A DNA stretch of 64,000 nucleotides from an uncultured archaeon (GTDB lineage: Archaea > Aenigmatarchaeota > Aenigmatarchaeia > CG10238-14 > EX4484-224), in assembly GCA_964524025.1 (NCBI GenBank), contig CAZGBT010000002.1:11210-75209 (forward strand), in the 5' to 3' direction. A program made the translations under genes and the position numbers. The stretch's first letter is position 1. The number at the start of each line of letters is the position of its first letter. Of this stretch, positions 28,662 through 37,670 are shown piece by piece. The notes beneath the pieces are model-generated. The model saw nothing but the letters and a program-made list of their open reading frames with translations. It made no database searches and was not told the DNA's origin.

Positions 28662-30944
28662 ATGGAAAAGAAAAAAGAAGTAAGGCTTAAGGTTGGCGAG
28701 CTAACTGCCAGAGAAGAGGCTGGAAGAGGTATTGTTAGGATTGATTCCAAAATTTTGCAAGAACTAGGAATAAAAGAAGGTGATGTAGTAGAAATTGAAG
28801 GGAAGAGAAGAACTGCCGCTATAGCTGTTAGAGCTTACCCTGCGGATGTTGGCTTAGGTCTAATAAGAATGGATGGAATAACTAGAAGAAATTGTGGTGC
28901 TGGTGTAGGAGATTGGGTAAAAGTTAGAAAGGCTGATGTAAGAGAAGCGAAAAAAGTTGTTATAGCCCCTGCCGAAAAAGGAGTTGTTGTTAAAACTTCT
29001 CCTCATCTAATTAAACAAAATCTTTATATGAGACCCGTTGTAAAAGGAGATATAATAGTACCTTCTCCAATTGTAAGAAGAACTTCTGGTTCAGAATTTT
29101 TTAGAGAATTTTTTGGCCTTGATTTTGAAGAGCTATTTTTCACACCTTTGTCTTTAGAGACTAAGTTTATAGTAACCAATACAGATCCTTCTGGAATAGT
29201 TAGAATTACAGAAAATACGCAACTGGAAGTTTTGCCAAAGCTTCCAGCTACCTTAAGACCTGGAGTTATTCCTACCGTAACTTATGAGGACATAGGTGAC
29301 ATGAAAGAGGTTATACAAAAAGTTAGAGAAATGGTAGAACTTCCATTAAGACACCCAGAAATCTTTGAAAGATTAGGTATAGAGCCTCCTAAAGGTGTTT
29401 TGCTTTATGGACCTCCTGGTTGTGGTAAAACGTTGCTTGCAAAAGCTGTAGCTAATGAAAGTGGTGCTTATTTTATTTCAATAAGTGGACCAGAAATCAT
29501 GTCTAAATGGTATGGGGAATCGGAGAAGAGGATAAGAGAAATTTTTGAAGAAGCGGAAAAGAATGCTCCAGCTATAATCTTCATAGATGAGATAGATGCT
29601 ATTGCTCCTAAAAGAGAGGAGGTTACTGGAGAAGTGGAAAGAAGAGTAGTTAGTCAATTGTTAACTTGCATGGATGGTCTAAAATCGAGAGGAAAGGTTA
29701 TTGTAATCGCAGCTACTAATAGGCCTCACGCTTTAGATCCTGCCCTAAGAAGGCCTGGCAGATTCGATAGAGAAATAGAAGTTCCAGTACCAGATAGAGA
29801 AGGTAGACTTGAAATACTTAAGATTCATACTAGAAACATGCCTTTGGCTAAGGATGTTGATTTGAAAGAGATTGCTGACAAAACTTACGGTTATGTAGGG
29901 GCAGATCTGATGGCATTATGTAAAGAAGCTGCTATGAACGCTTTAAGGAGAGTATTACCAGAAATAAGAAAATATAAGGAAGGTGAGGAAATTCCAAGAG
30001 AAGTGTTAGAAAAGTTAGTTGTAACAAAGGAAGATTTTGAAGATGCTTTAAAAGTTGTTGAACCGAGTGCTATGAGAGAAGTACTGGTTGAAATACCAAA
30101 AGTTACGTGGGACGATATAGGAGATCTAGAAGAAGCAAAGAAAACTTTGAGAGAAATGGTAGAATGGCCTTTGAAACATCCAGAAAGCTTCAAAAGATTG
30201 GGTATCGAACCGCCTAAGGGCATTTTGCTTTATGGACCTCCTGGTTGTGGTAAAACGTTGCTTGCAAAAGCTGTAGCTAATGAAAGTGGTGCCAACTTTA
30301 TTTCTGTAAAAGGACCAGAATTGCTTAGCAAGTGGTATGGTGAGTCGGAAAGGAGGATAAGAGAATTATTCAAAAGGGCAAGACAAGTAGCCCCCTGCAT
30401 TATATTCTTTGATGAAATAGATGCCATGGCGCCAAGAAGAGGTTTTGGTATGCATGAAGCTACAGAAAGAATAGTTTCTCAACTTCTTACAGAAATATCT
30501 GGAATAGAGGAAACAAAAGATGTTATTATAATAGCTGCTACCAACAGGCCAGATCTAGTAGATCCAGCCCTCCTAAGACCAGGTAGAATAGATAAACTTG
30601 TATTTGTACCGCCACCAGACGAGAAAGGAAGGTTAGAGATATTTAAGATTCATACTAGAAACATGCCTTTGGCTAAGGATGTTGATTTGAAAGAGTTGGC
30701 TAGAAGAACAGAAGGATATACAGGAGCTGATATAGAAGCAATTTGTAAAGAAGCCGCCATGAATGCTTTAAGGGAGGATATAAAAGCAAAGGAAGTTAAA
30801 ATGAAACATTTTGAGGAGGCCTTAAAAAAGATCAAACCTAGCATAACCAAGGAGATGGTCGAATTTTATAAAAAATTCGAAGAAAGAAGGAAAAAGGTAG
30901 AAAGAGTAGTAAGAAAAAAAGAAATACCAGAATATATAGGCTAA
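28662..30944 (+). CDS. cdc48: CDC48/VAT AAA+ ATPase
   Basis: N domain plus two AAA modules (GPPGCGKT twice, DEID, RPGR); tail EYIG. Confidence 0.97.
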   Translation: MEKKKEVRLKVGELTAREEAGRGIVRIDSKILQELGIKEGDVVEIEGKRRTAAIAVRAYPADVGLGLIRMDGITRRNCGAGVGDWVKVRKADVREAKKVVIAPAEKGVVVKTSPHLIKQNLYMRPVVKGDIIVPSPIVRRTSGSEFFREFFGLDFEELFFTPLSLETKFIVTNTDPSGIVRITENTQLEVLPKLPATLRPGVIPTVTYEDIGDMKEVIQKVREMVELPLRHPEIFERLGIEPPKGVLLYGPPGCGKTLLAKAVANESGAYFISISGPEIMSKWYGESEKRIREIFEEAEKNAPAIIFIDEIDAIAPKREEVTGEVERRVVSQLLTCMDGLKSRGKVIVIAATNRPHALDPALRRPGRFDREIEVPVPDREGRLEILKIHTRNMPLAKDVDLKEIADKTYGYVGADLMALCKEAAMNALRRVLPEIRKYKEGEEIPREVLEKLVVTKEDFEDALKVVEPSAMREVLVEIPKVTWDDIGDLEEAKKTLREMVEWPLKHPESFKRLGIEPPKGILLYGPPGCGKTLLAKAVANESGANFISVKGPELLSKWYGESERRIRELFKRARQVAPCIIFFDEIDAMAPRRGFGMHEATERIVSQLLTEISGIEETKDVIIIAATNRPDLVDPALLRPGRIDKLVFVPPPDEKGRLEIFKIHTRNMPLAKDVDLKELARRTEGYTGADIEAICKEAAMNALREDIKAKEVKMKHFEEALKKIKPSITKEMVEFYKKFEERRKKVERVVRKKEIPEYIG
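29398..30292 (+). repeat. 70-bp perfect direct repeat inside cdc48 (29398-29467 and 30223-30292)
   Basis: ttttgctttatggacctcctggttgtggtaaaacgttgcttgcaaaagctgtagctaatgaaagtggtgc present twice. Confidence 0.92.
29818..30695 (+). repeat. 53-bp perfect direct repeat inside cdc48 (29818-29870 and 30643-30695)
   Basis: ttaagattcatactagaaacatgcctttggctaaggatgttgatttgaaagag present twice. Confidence 0.92.
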
Positions 30945-31498
30945 ATCTCTTTTTTCCTTATTCTATAACCATAGAGTGCACCTACTATTAAACCAGCTAG
31001 ATGAGCCTGATGAGCTATATTAGAAGGGATGAACATTCCAATAAACGATATAAGAGCCCAGATTAGGGCTGCAAAAATAAGAGGCATTGGTACGTACCCT
31101 ACATAAACTATTAAAGAAGGTTGTATCATAGCCAAAGCTCCTATAATACCGTAAATACCACCGCTAGCACCTACAGCCGGTATCTTACCAAAGGGATTTG
31201 TTAAAAAGTATGCTAAATTTCCTACTATGCCTGCTATCAAAAAAATCTCTAAGAATTTTCTTGAGCCAACTCTTAGTTCAAGATAGTTTCCAAACATGAT
31301 TAAAGCAAACATGTTGAAAACAAGATGGGAAATTCCTGCATGCAGAAAAATAGAAGTTACAAAACGCCAAGGCTGGGTAAAAGCAAAAGCTGGAACAAAA
31401 GAAAAGAGCTCGTCAATGGAAGGAAATAAAAGTTGAAATAAAAACATCAAACTACATATTACAAAAATCCAGAACGTATAGTTTTTTCTATAAATCAT
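30941..31498 (-). CDS. Rhomboid intramembrane serine protease
   Basis: [29 protein letters not shown]. Confidence 0.95.
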   Translation of the reverse strand: MIYRKNYTFWIFVICSLMFLFQLLFPSIDELFSFVPAFAFTQPWRFVTSIFLHAGISHLVFNMFALIMFGNYLELRVGSRKFLEIFLIAGIVGNLAYFLTNPFGKIPAVGASGGIYGIIGALAMIQPSLIVYVGYVPMPLIFAALIWALISFIGMFIPSNIAHQAHLAGLIVGALYGYRIRKKEI

Positions 31499-31501
31499 AA
31501 A

Positions 31502-32023
31502 TTAAGTTAAGTTTTGTGGAAGATAATTTTTTAGCCTTTTGTATAATTTAAACAAAGCTCTTACGTCATCTTCACAATGTTTTATGATTAGTTTTTTGGA
31601 ATTTTTGTCACCTTTCAGCGCCTTTAAATAAAGGTTTAACATGTCAGAACCTTCTATTTTTAACTTTCTTATTCCAAAAAATCTACAAACTTCGCTTAAC
31701 TTATAATTTTTCAGCCTTAGGTTTTCTTTAACGAATTTATACAAATCTATTATTTTCATTTCGAAAAGAACTTTTGCATCAAGCTTATGCTTAAGACATC
31801 TAGCTATCAAAAACGGTATATCGAAAGAAGAATTCCAAACTACAACCTCTTTCTCCTTATCCTCTTTTAAAATTCGGAGAAATTTTTTTAGGCACTTAGC
31901 TTCTTCCTTAGGTTTATTAACAAAAATAACTTTAGCTTCTCCATTTGAAGAAATAAAACCAATTGCAATTACAATCCCTGTTGAAGCATCCAATGAAGTA
32001 GTTTCTATATCTAAAAATATCAT
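31502..32023 (-). CDS. RNase H-like (YprB/RNase_H_2) 3'-5' exonuclease domain protein
   Basis: FLDIETT, WNSSFDIPFL, IDL, HCEDDV. Confidence 0.88.
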   Translation of the reverse strand: MIFLDIETTSLDASTGIVIAIGFISSNGEAKVIFVNKPKEEAKCLKKFLRILKEDKEKEVVVWNSSFDIPFLIARCLKHKLDAKVLFEMKIIDLYKFVKENLRLKNYKLSEVCRFFGIRKLKIEGSDMLNLYLKALKGDKNSKKLIIKHCEDDVRALFKLYKRLKNYLPQNLT

Positions 32024-32056
32024 GTTAATTTTAAAGAGAATTTTAAAATTAATAAA

Positions 32057-32797
32057 TTGTTAATGAGATCAAAACTTATAACAACCCTCCTAATATTTCT
32101 TCTATCCATTTCTTTGACTATTCTTATAACATCGGCCTCTTTAGAAAAAATGACTAGATATGAAAATTTAAAACCTCTGCTAGAGAATAGCTTAAAGAAG
32201 TTTCTTGAAAAAAATCTAAAAAACGAAATTGCTGAGATAGAAAATTTCTGTGAAAAAACCAATGAAACTTTTTCCCTAACAATTTTTAACAAAACTATTA
32301 ACATCACATGCCAAAATTATTCGCGAGATGTCATGCTGGAAAAGTTGGCTAGTTCTTTTATTGATTCATTCTATTATAAAAAATATAACTGCAGCTTCGT
32401 AGAGTGCCTAAAAAAGGATCTTAAGAGAAACTCTCCAATCTTAATTTCAAAAGAAGGAAACTTATTTTATAAAAGAGTCAAGAAAACAGCTGCAACTTCG
32501 ATTTTGTTTTTATTAATTCTTTTAGGACTTCTTTATTCAAGTAGAGTACACAAACTTTTAATATTAGTAGGAAGTTGGCTAATTTTCCTTTCTTTACCTT
32601 TAATTATAACCCCCTATTTTCAAGACAATTTCTTAGAATTTTTCGCTGGAACTCGAGGCATAGAAGTGATTGTTCCGTTATTATCAGAATTTCTAAATTT
32701 AACTCAATCTTATGCAAAAATTTGTTTGGCTATAGGGACTTGTATATTAGGAGTTGGCTACCTACTAAAGTACCATTTCAAGAGAAAAAGTAGCTAG
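32057..32797 (+). CDS. Hypothetical membrane protein
   Basis: N-terminal TM helix, Cys-containing loop, three C-terminal TM helices. Confidence 0.75.
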   Translation: MLMRSKLITTLLIFLLSISLTILITSASLEKMTRYENLKPLLENSLKKFLEKNLKNEIAEIENFCEKTNETFSLTIFNKTINITCQNYSRDVMLEKLASSFIDSFYYKKYNCSFVECLKKDLKRNSPILISKEGNLFYKRVKKTAATSILFLLILLGLLYSSRVHKLLILVGSWLIFLSLPLIITPYFQDNFLEFFAGTRGIEVIVPLLSEFLNLTQSYAKICLAIGTCILGVGYLLKYHFKRKSS

Positions 32798-32916
32798 CCT
32801 ATGTACCAGAGATTTTTCTCGTTTTTCTTCTGAATTTTTACCCATTTTTCTAATTGTTCTACAAAGAATTTCTCCAATTTTTTCATCTTCTTCTTTGTTA
32901 CATCATCCTTCTTCAT
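32794..32916 (-). CDS. 40-aa protein ending in WYIG (below the ORF-track cutoff)
   Basis: MKKDDVTKKKMKKLEKFFVEQLEKWVKIQKKNEKNLWYIG*; fills the intergenic gap; TTTTTAAA about 32-39 nt upstream. Confidence 0.65.
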   Translation of the reverse strand: MKKDDVTKKKMKKLEKFFVEQLEKWVKIQKKNEKNLWYIG

Positions 32917-32981
32917 GCTAAGTTCAATCTAAATTAAGGAAAGGGGTTTAAAAATTTAACGCGAAAAACAGATTTAAAATT

Positions 32982-33407
32982 ATGTTAGTTAGGAATGCTA
33001 TGAAAAGAAATGTAATCGTAGCAAATCCAAATTTAACTCTTAAAGAAGCTTCTCAAGTTATGGTAAAATTTGAAATAGGAAGTTTGGTCGTAACAGAAGA
33101 CGATAAGCTAGTTGGAATAATAACAAGTACAGACATCTTAAAATGCATCGCCGAAGGTAAGGATATAGAAAAAACGACGATAGGCTCTGTCATGTCAAAG
33201 CCAGTAATTACAATATCTCCAGACGAAAAGATAGAAGACGCAGTCAATCTAATGCTAAAAAATAAAATCAAAAGACTTGTAGTCACAGAAGGTAATAAAA
33301 TAGTCGGTATAATAACAGCTTCTGATATAATTTCGATAGAGCCAAAATTGATAGAGAAGCTATCGCAACTTCTCTCAGTTAAGTTGCCAGGTTATAGCGG
33401 TGGTTAA
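32982..33407 (+). CDS. CBS-pair domain protein
   Basis: IGSLVV...VGIITSTDI; IKRLVV...VGIITASDI. Confidence 0.93.
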   Translation: MLVRNAMKRNVIVANPNLTLKEASQVMVKFEIGSLVVTEDDKLVGIITSTDILKCIAEGKDIEKTTIGSVMSKPVITISPDEKIEDAVNLMLKNKIKRLVVTEGNKIVGIITASDIISIEPKLIEKLSQLLSVKLPGYSGG

Positions 33408-33784
33408 ACGATTTGTACATTAGAAGTATAACAAATTATTTCGTATTTATTCTTATACTTGATAAATTTTCCTCTTACTATTAACCTATCGCCAGGTGCT
33501 ATTCTCAGCTCTCTTTTGTCGACTTTGCAGAAAACGAAAATAGATTTTCCAGTTTCATCTTTTAAGTAAAACCTCTGATAAACATAACCCTTTCTCGATA
33601 TGTAATTTTTCAGAACTTTTACGACATAACCACTAACTTCAACGTTCTTATTAACTGGTAAATCTTCAAAAAGTCGAGAAATTTTGTAAGTTGCATAAGA
33701 AGTAAAAGTAGGTTTAAAGTAAAGAAGTAAAATAGCAGAGAGAGCTATAGGTATTAACAATAAAAGCAAACAGATTCTCTTCAT
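33404..33784 (-). CDS. Membrane-anchored OB-fold protein
   Basis: N-terminal TM helix, V.VSG.V, LKDETG, GDRLIVRG. Confidence 0.75.
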   Translation of the reverse strand: MKRICLLLLLIPIALSAILLLYFKPTFTSYATYKISRLFEDLPVNKNVEVSGYVVKVLKNYISRKGYVYQRFYLKDETGKSIFVFCKVDKRELRIAPGDRLIVRGKFIKYKNKYEIICYTSNVQIV

Positions 33785-33817
33785 TAATTTTAGTTTAATT
33801 TTTTTGAAATATTACTA

Positions 33818-35692
33818 TCACTTTAACCTTATTGCTTCTAAATTTCTAGGAGCAATGGTTTCTATTTTAAAGATTCTATTAACTAATTTGGCAAAATAAG
33901 CCGCTTTTTGATTTTCTCCATGAACCACTATTATTTTGCTAAGTCTTGAATTAGATGCAACTCTTGATATATATCTTAGCAATTGCCTTCTATCGGAATG
34001 TGCTGATAAGCCATCAACTGTATGGACTTCCATTTTTATTTCAAGTGTATATGTTTTTCCATCCTCGTTTTTCATTGGTATCTCTCTCAATCCTTTCTGA
34101 ATCTTCCTACCCAAAGTTCCTTCACCTTGGTAACCAACAAAAATTAAGCTATTTTTTGGATCTTCAGCCAATCTTTTCAAATGCTCTATAGCTGGACCAC
34201 CTATTAGCATACCAGAAGTAGATATAATAACGCAAGGCTTATCTTCCCAAGCTTTTTCTCTATCTTGCTTGGAAGCTATCCTTTTGAAGATGGGATTAAC
34301 AAACGGGTCTTCGCCGCTAAAGATTTTTTCTTGCATATCTCTATTCATGTATTCTGGATAAGCTGTAAAAATTCCATTTGCATCCCAAATCATACCGTCT
34401 AAAAAAACAGGGTATTCAAAATTATTTTTTAACAAAATTGTCATAACTTCTTGGGCTCTTTCGACAGCAAAAGAGGGTATTAGACAAATTCCTCCTCTTT
34501 CCATCGTCCTATTTACAATTTCCATAAATTGTTTCTCTACCTCATCCCTAGGAGGCATTATATCTTCTCTTCCACCGTAAGTAGATTCTATTATTAAAGT
34601 TTCAACTCTTCTAAATTTAGTCCATGCTGGATCGAGCAAGTTTGTTTTGCCATATTTTTGATCTAAAGCGTAGACTATGTTATGCATGCCTTCTCCTATA
34701 TGTAAATGTATGATAGCAGAACCTAGAATATGCCCAGCATTAAAGAATGTTAATCTTATATCAGGAGCTATATCGGAAACTTCGTTGTATTCAATTGGGA
34801 TAGCCCTTTTTAACGCTTCCTTAACACCTTTTACTGTAAAAAGTGGCTTTGTTGCGTTTTTTTGCATAACATCGATAAAATCAAGCCAGAGGAGAGTTGA
34901 AAGATCTATCGTTGGCGGCGTTGCGTACCAGGGTCCGTCATACCCATACTCATATAAAGCTGGTAAGAATCCTACATGGTCTAAATGACTATGTGATATT
35001 ACAATTGCATCCAATTCGCTATAATCAAATTCCTTAGTAGAAAAGATAGGATAAACATTTGCATTAGAAGCTCCAACATTTACTCCACAGTCTACTAGAA
35101 TTTTTGACTTTGGAGTTTCGAGAAGCATACAAGACCTGCCAACTTCTCTCCATCCACCAAGCCCTATAATTCTTATCCAAAACCTTTCAGCTTCTCTTTT
35201 AGAGAAAATCTTTTTGCCAACTCTATTCAAAAAATCTTTTCTAAATTTTATTTCAGACTTTATAAAATTCCTAACTCCTAGAACAACCTTAGATTCAACA
35301 GATGGTATTCTTTCTACTATAGGAACCCAAAGTGTTTCCTCTCTTATTTTCTTTAAGATTTCACCTTTTCTTCCTATAACTTTTCCAGGCTTTTCTGCAG
35401 CTATATATACTATGCTTCTATCTTTTTCAAAATATATTTCCTTTATATTTGCATCTGGTGGTACTATTTCTTTTATTTTTTCTTCAACCCATTTCTCATC
35501 TGGCAAGCATTCTTTTTCTAGTCTTACTTTAATCCTTTTTTTAATTTGAGAAACAACCTCCTTTACAATTTCGCGATGTTCTCTGAAAAAATCTTTGTTC
35601 TTTGTATAAACTATTATTTCGCAACCTTCAAGCTCTATTCTGCTAACTACTCCTTTAGGTAGTAAATTCTTTACAGTTTCCAAAATTTCCAT
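33818..35692 (-). CDS. fttA: Beta-CASP ribonuclease aCPSF1 / termination factor FttA
   Basis: KH domains (PGKVIGRKG), EVGRSC, SHSHLDH, AGHILGS, SAHSD, VHGE; adjacent to psmB. Confidence 0.95.
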   Translation of the reverse strand: MEILETVKNLLPKGVVSRIELEGCEIIVYTKNKDFFREHREIVKEVVSQIKKRIKVRLEKECLPDEKWVEEKIKEIVPPDANIKEIYFEKDRSIVYIAAEKPGKVIGRKGEILKKIREETLWVPIVERIPSVESKVVLGVRNFIKSEIKFRKDFLNRVGKKIFSKREAERFWIRIIGLGGWREVGRSCMLLETPKSKILVDCGVNVGASNANVYPIFSTKEFDYSELDAIVISHSHLDHVGFLPALYEYGYDGPWYATPPTIDLSTLLWLDFIDVMQKNATKPLFTVKGVKEALKRAIPIEYNEVSDIAPDIRLTFFNAGHILGSAIIHLHIGEGMHNIVYALDQKYGKTNLLDPAWTKFRRVETLIIESTYGGREDIMPPRDEVEKQFMEIVNRTMERGGICLIPSFAVERAQEVMTILLKNNFEYPVFLDGMIWDANGIFTAYPEYMNRDMQEKIFSGEDPFVNPIFKRIASKQDREKAWEDKPCVIISTSGMLIGGPAIEHLKRLAEDPKNSLIFVGYQGEGTLGRKIQKGLREIPMKNEDGKTYTLEIKMEVHTVDGLSAHSDRRQLLRYISRVASNSRLSKIIVVHGENQKAAYFAKLVNRIFKIETIAPRNLEAIRLK

Positions 35693-35703
35693 TTTTAATT
35701 CAC

Positions 35704-36315
35704 CTAAATTTTATGCCTTTCTATCTCAATACCTTTTTCAGTAATTTTTACAACATCTATAGCTTTACCACCCGAAGCTATATCCCTTTCTACGGCAGCT
35801 TTTATAGCTCTAATAGCAAGCTTAGCCCCTTCTTCAACAGTTATATCGGGTTTATAAGCATCTTCCAAAACTCCTAAAGCTATTGGCGATCCAGAGCCTG
35901 TTGAAAAAAACTTCTTCTCCTCTTCTAAACCTCCTACTGCATCTAACGAAAAGATAGCTGGACCTGAGTCGTCTACTCCAGCAATTATAAGTTGAACAAA
36001 GTAAGGTAGTATTTTACTAGATTGTAGTATATTTGCTAGTAGAGTTGCAGCCCCCTTTACAGAAAGCTTTCTCTTATTCTCCATTTCAAAAAGTTTAAGC
36101 TCAGCCCTCATATACCTAACCAGTGTTTGAGCGTCTCCGCTCACTCCCGCTATTGTCATAACAATCTTATCATCTATTGGGTAAATTTTCTCCGATTCCT
36201 TACTCGCTACTAAATAACCAAGAGTTGACTTTTTCTCAGCTGCTACTACTACTCCATCTTTACAAATTAATCCAACTGTTGTAGTTCCGCTTTTTCTAAC
36301 AGGCAAATCCTTCAT
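35704..36315 (-). CDS. psmB: 20S proteasome beta subunit
   Basis: Propeptide ...KSG|TTTVG, TGSGS, ERDIASG. Confidence 0.96.
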   Translation of the reverse strand: MKDLPVRKSGTTTVGLICKDGVVVAAEKKSTLGYLVASKESEKIYPIDDKIVMTIAGVSGDAQTLVRYMRAELKLFEMENKRKLSVKGAATLLANILQSSKILPYFVQLIIAGVDDSGPAIFSLDAVGGLEEEKKFFSTGSGSPIALGVLEDAYKPDITVEEGAKLAIRAIKAAVERDIASGGKAIDVVKITEKGIEIERHKI

Positions 36316-36434
36316 GCTCTCAAATCCAAGAAAACTAATTCTAATTATCGAGTAAATTTTAAATAATTTTTGGTTTTTACGAAGGAAGGTTTGATGAAGT
36401 TTTTAAGATAAAAACGAAAGTTCAAAATGAAAGT

Positions 36435-37670
36435 ATGAAAATAGCAGTGTTAGCGGATTTCCATTTGGGATTTAGCATAAGGCCGGAATTAGAAAACGAT
36501 CCTTTCCTCAACGCAAAAGAAGCTATAGAAAAAGCCTTAGATTGTGATCTGATTTTAATAGCTGGGGATATATTTGATACAAGATCCCCCAAACCAAAAG
36601 TTTGGTACAATGCATTAAGATTGCTTTCTTTACCGCTTAAGAAACCTTCAAACGTAAAACTGGTAAAATGCACCAAGGAATTGCCAGAAATAGTGAAAAG
36701 AAGAACCCTCTCTCATTTGCCAGTTGTAGCAATCCACGGTAATCATGAAAGAGTACCGAAAGGTGAGGTAAATCCTTTAAAAATATTGGAAGGTGCCGGT
36801 TTGCTTATTTATTTGCATACAGATACGATAATTTTCGAAAAAAATGGAGTTAAAGTAGCTATTCATGCTATGTCACATGTACCAGAAAGGTTTGCTTACG
36901 ATTTCTTAAAAAACTGGAATCCTAAGCCACTAGAAGATTGCATTAATTTATTACTTCTCCACCAAAGCATAGAACCGTACGTTTATTCTCCGATAGAAAT
37001 GCCAACACTTAACGTATCAAATTTACCTAAAGATTTTGATTTGATAGTGAATGGACATATTCATATTCATGCCGTTGAAAAACTTGGAAAAACAACTTTG
37101 GTAATACCAGGAAGTACTGTAATTACACAATTTCAACCAAGCGAATCTCAAGTAAAAAAGGGATTCGTTAAAATTTTTATAGAAGACTCAAAAATTAGGA
37201 TAAAATTTGTTGAATTAGAAAATCAAAGGGAGTTTTGTTACAAAGAACTTAGATTACCCAAGACTAATGCTAAAAATTATGTTGAAGGTGAAATAGAGAA
37301 ATTAATAAAAAGAAGTAAAGGAAAGCCCGTTTTAAAGTTAAAAATAATTGGAGAATATACTGACATAACAGACAGAGATATTCGTGATTTAGAAAAAAAA
37401 TTTAAAGAGAAGTGTATAATCCTATTTTCAAAAGAGTTAATTTCGCCAGAAATTAAGGAGAAAATAGAAATTTTAAGATCCTTAAGGGAGGAGAAAAAAT
37501 CGATAAGAGAAATGGGTATGAGTTTATTAAAAGAAACACTTAAAGTTTTAGGATTTGGATGGAGTTTTGATTTCGAAACCATCTTGCATCTATTAGAAGA
37601 AAAAGAGGTAGAGAAAGCTATGGAGCTATTGCTCGGTGAACAAAAAACCCTCTTAGGGTGGTTTAAATGA
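36435..37670 (+). CDS. mre11: Mre11 nuclease
   Basis: DFHLG, AGDIFD, HGNHE, LLHQ, GHIH, PGS; translationally coupled to rad50. Confidence 0.93.
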   Translation: MKIAVLADFHLGFSIRPELENDPFLNAKEAIEKALDCDLILIAGDIFDTRSPKPKVWYNALRLLSLPLKKPSNVKLVKCTKELPEIVKRRTLSHLPVVAIHGNHERVPKGEVNPLKILEGAGLLIYLHTDTIIFEKNGVKVAIHAMSHVPERFAYDFLKNWNPKPLEDCINLLLLHQSIEPYVYSPIEMPTLNVSNLPKDFDLIVNGHIHIHAVEKLGKTTLVIPGSTVITQFQPSESQVKKGFVKIFIEDSKIRIKFVELENQREFCYKELRLPKTNAKNYVEGEIEKLIKRSKGKPVLKLKIIGEYTDITDRDIRDLEKKFKEKCIILFSKELISPEIKEKIEILRSLREEKKSIREMGMSLLKETLKVLGFGWSFDFETILHLLEEKEVEKAMELLLGEQKTLLGWFK

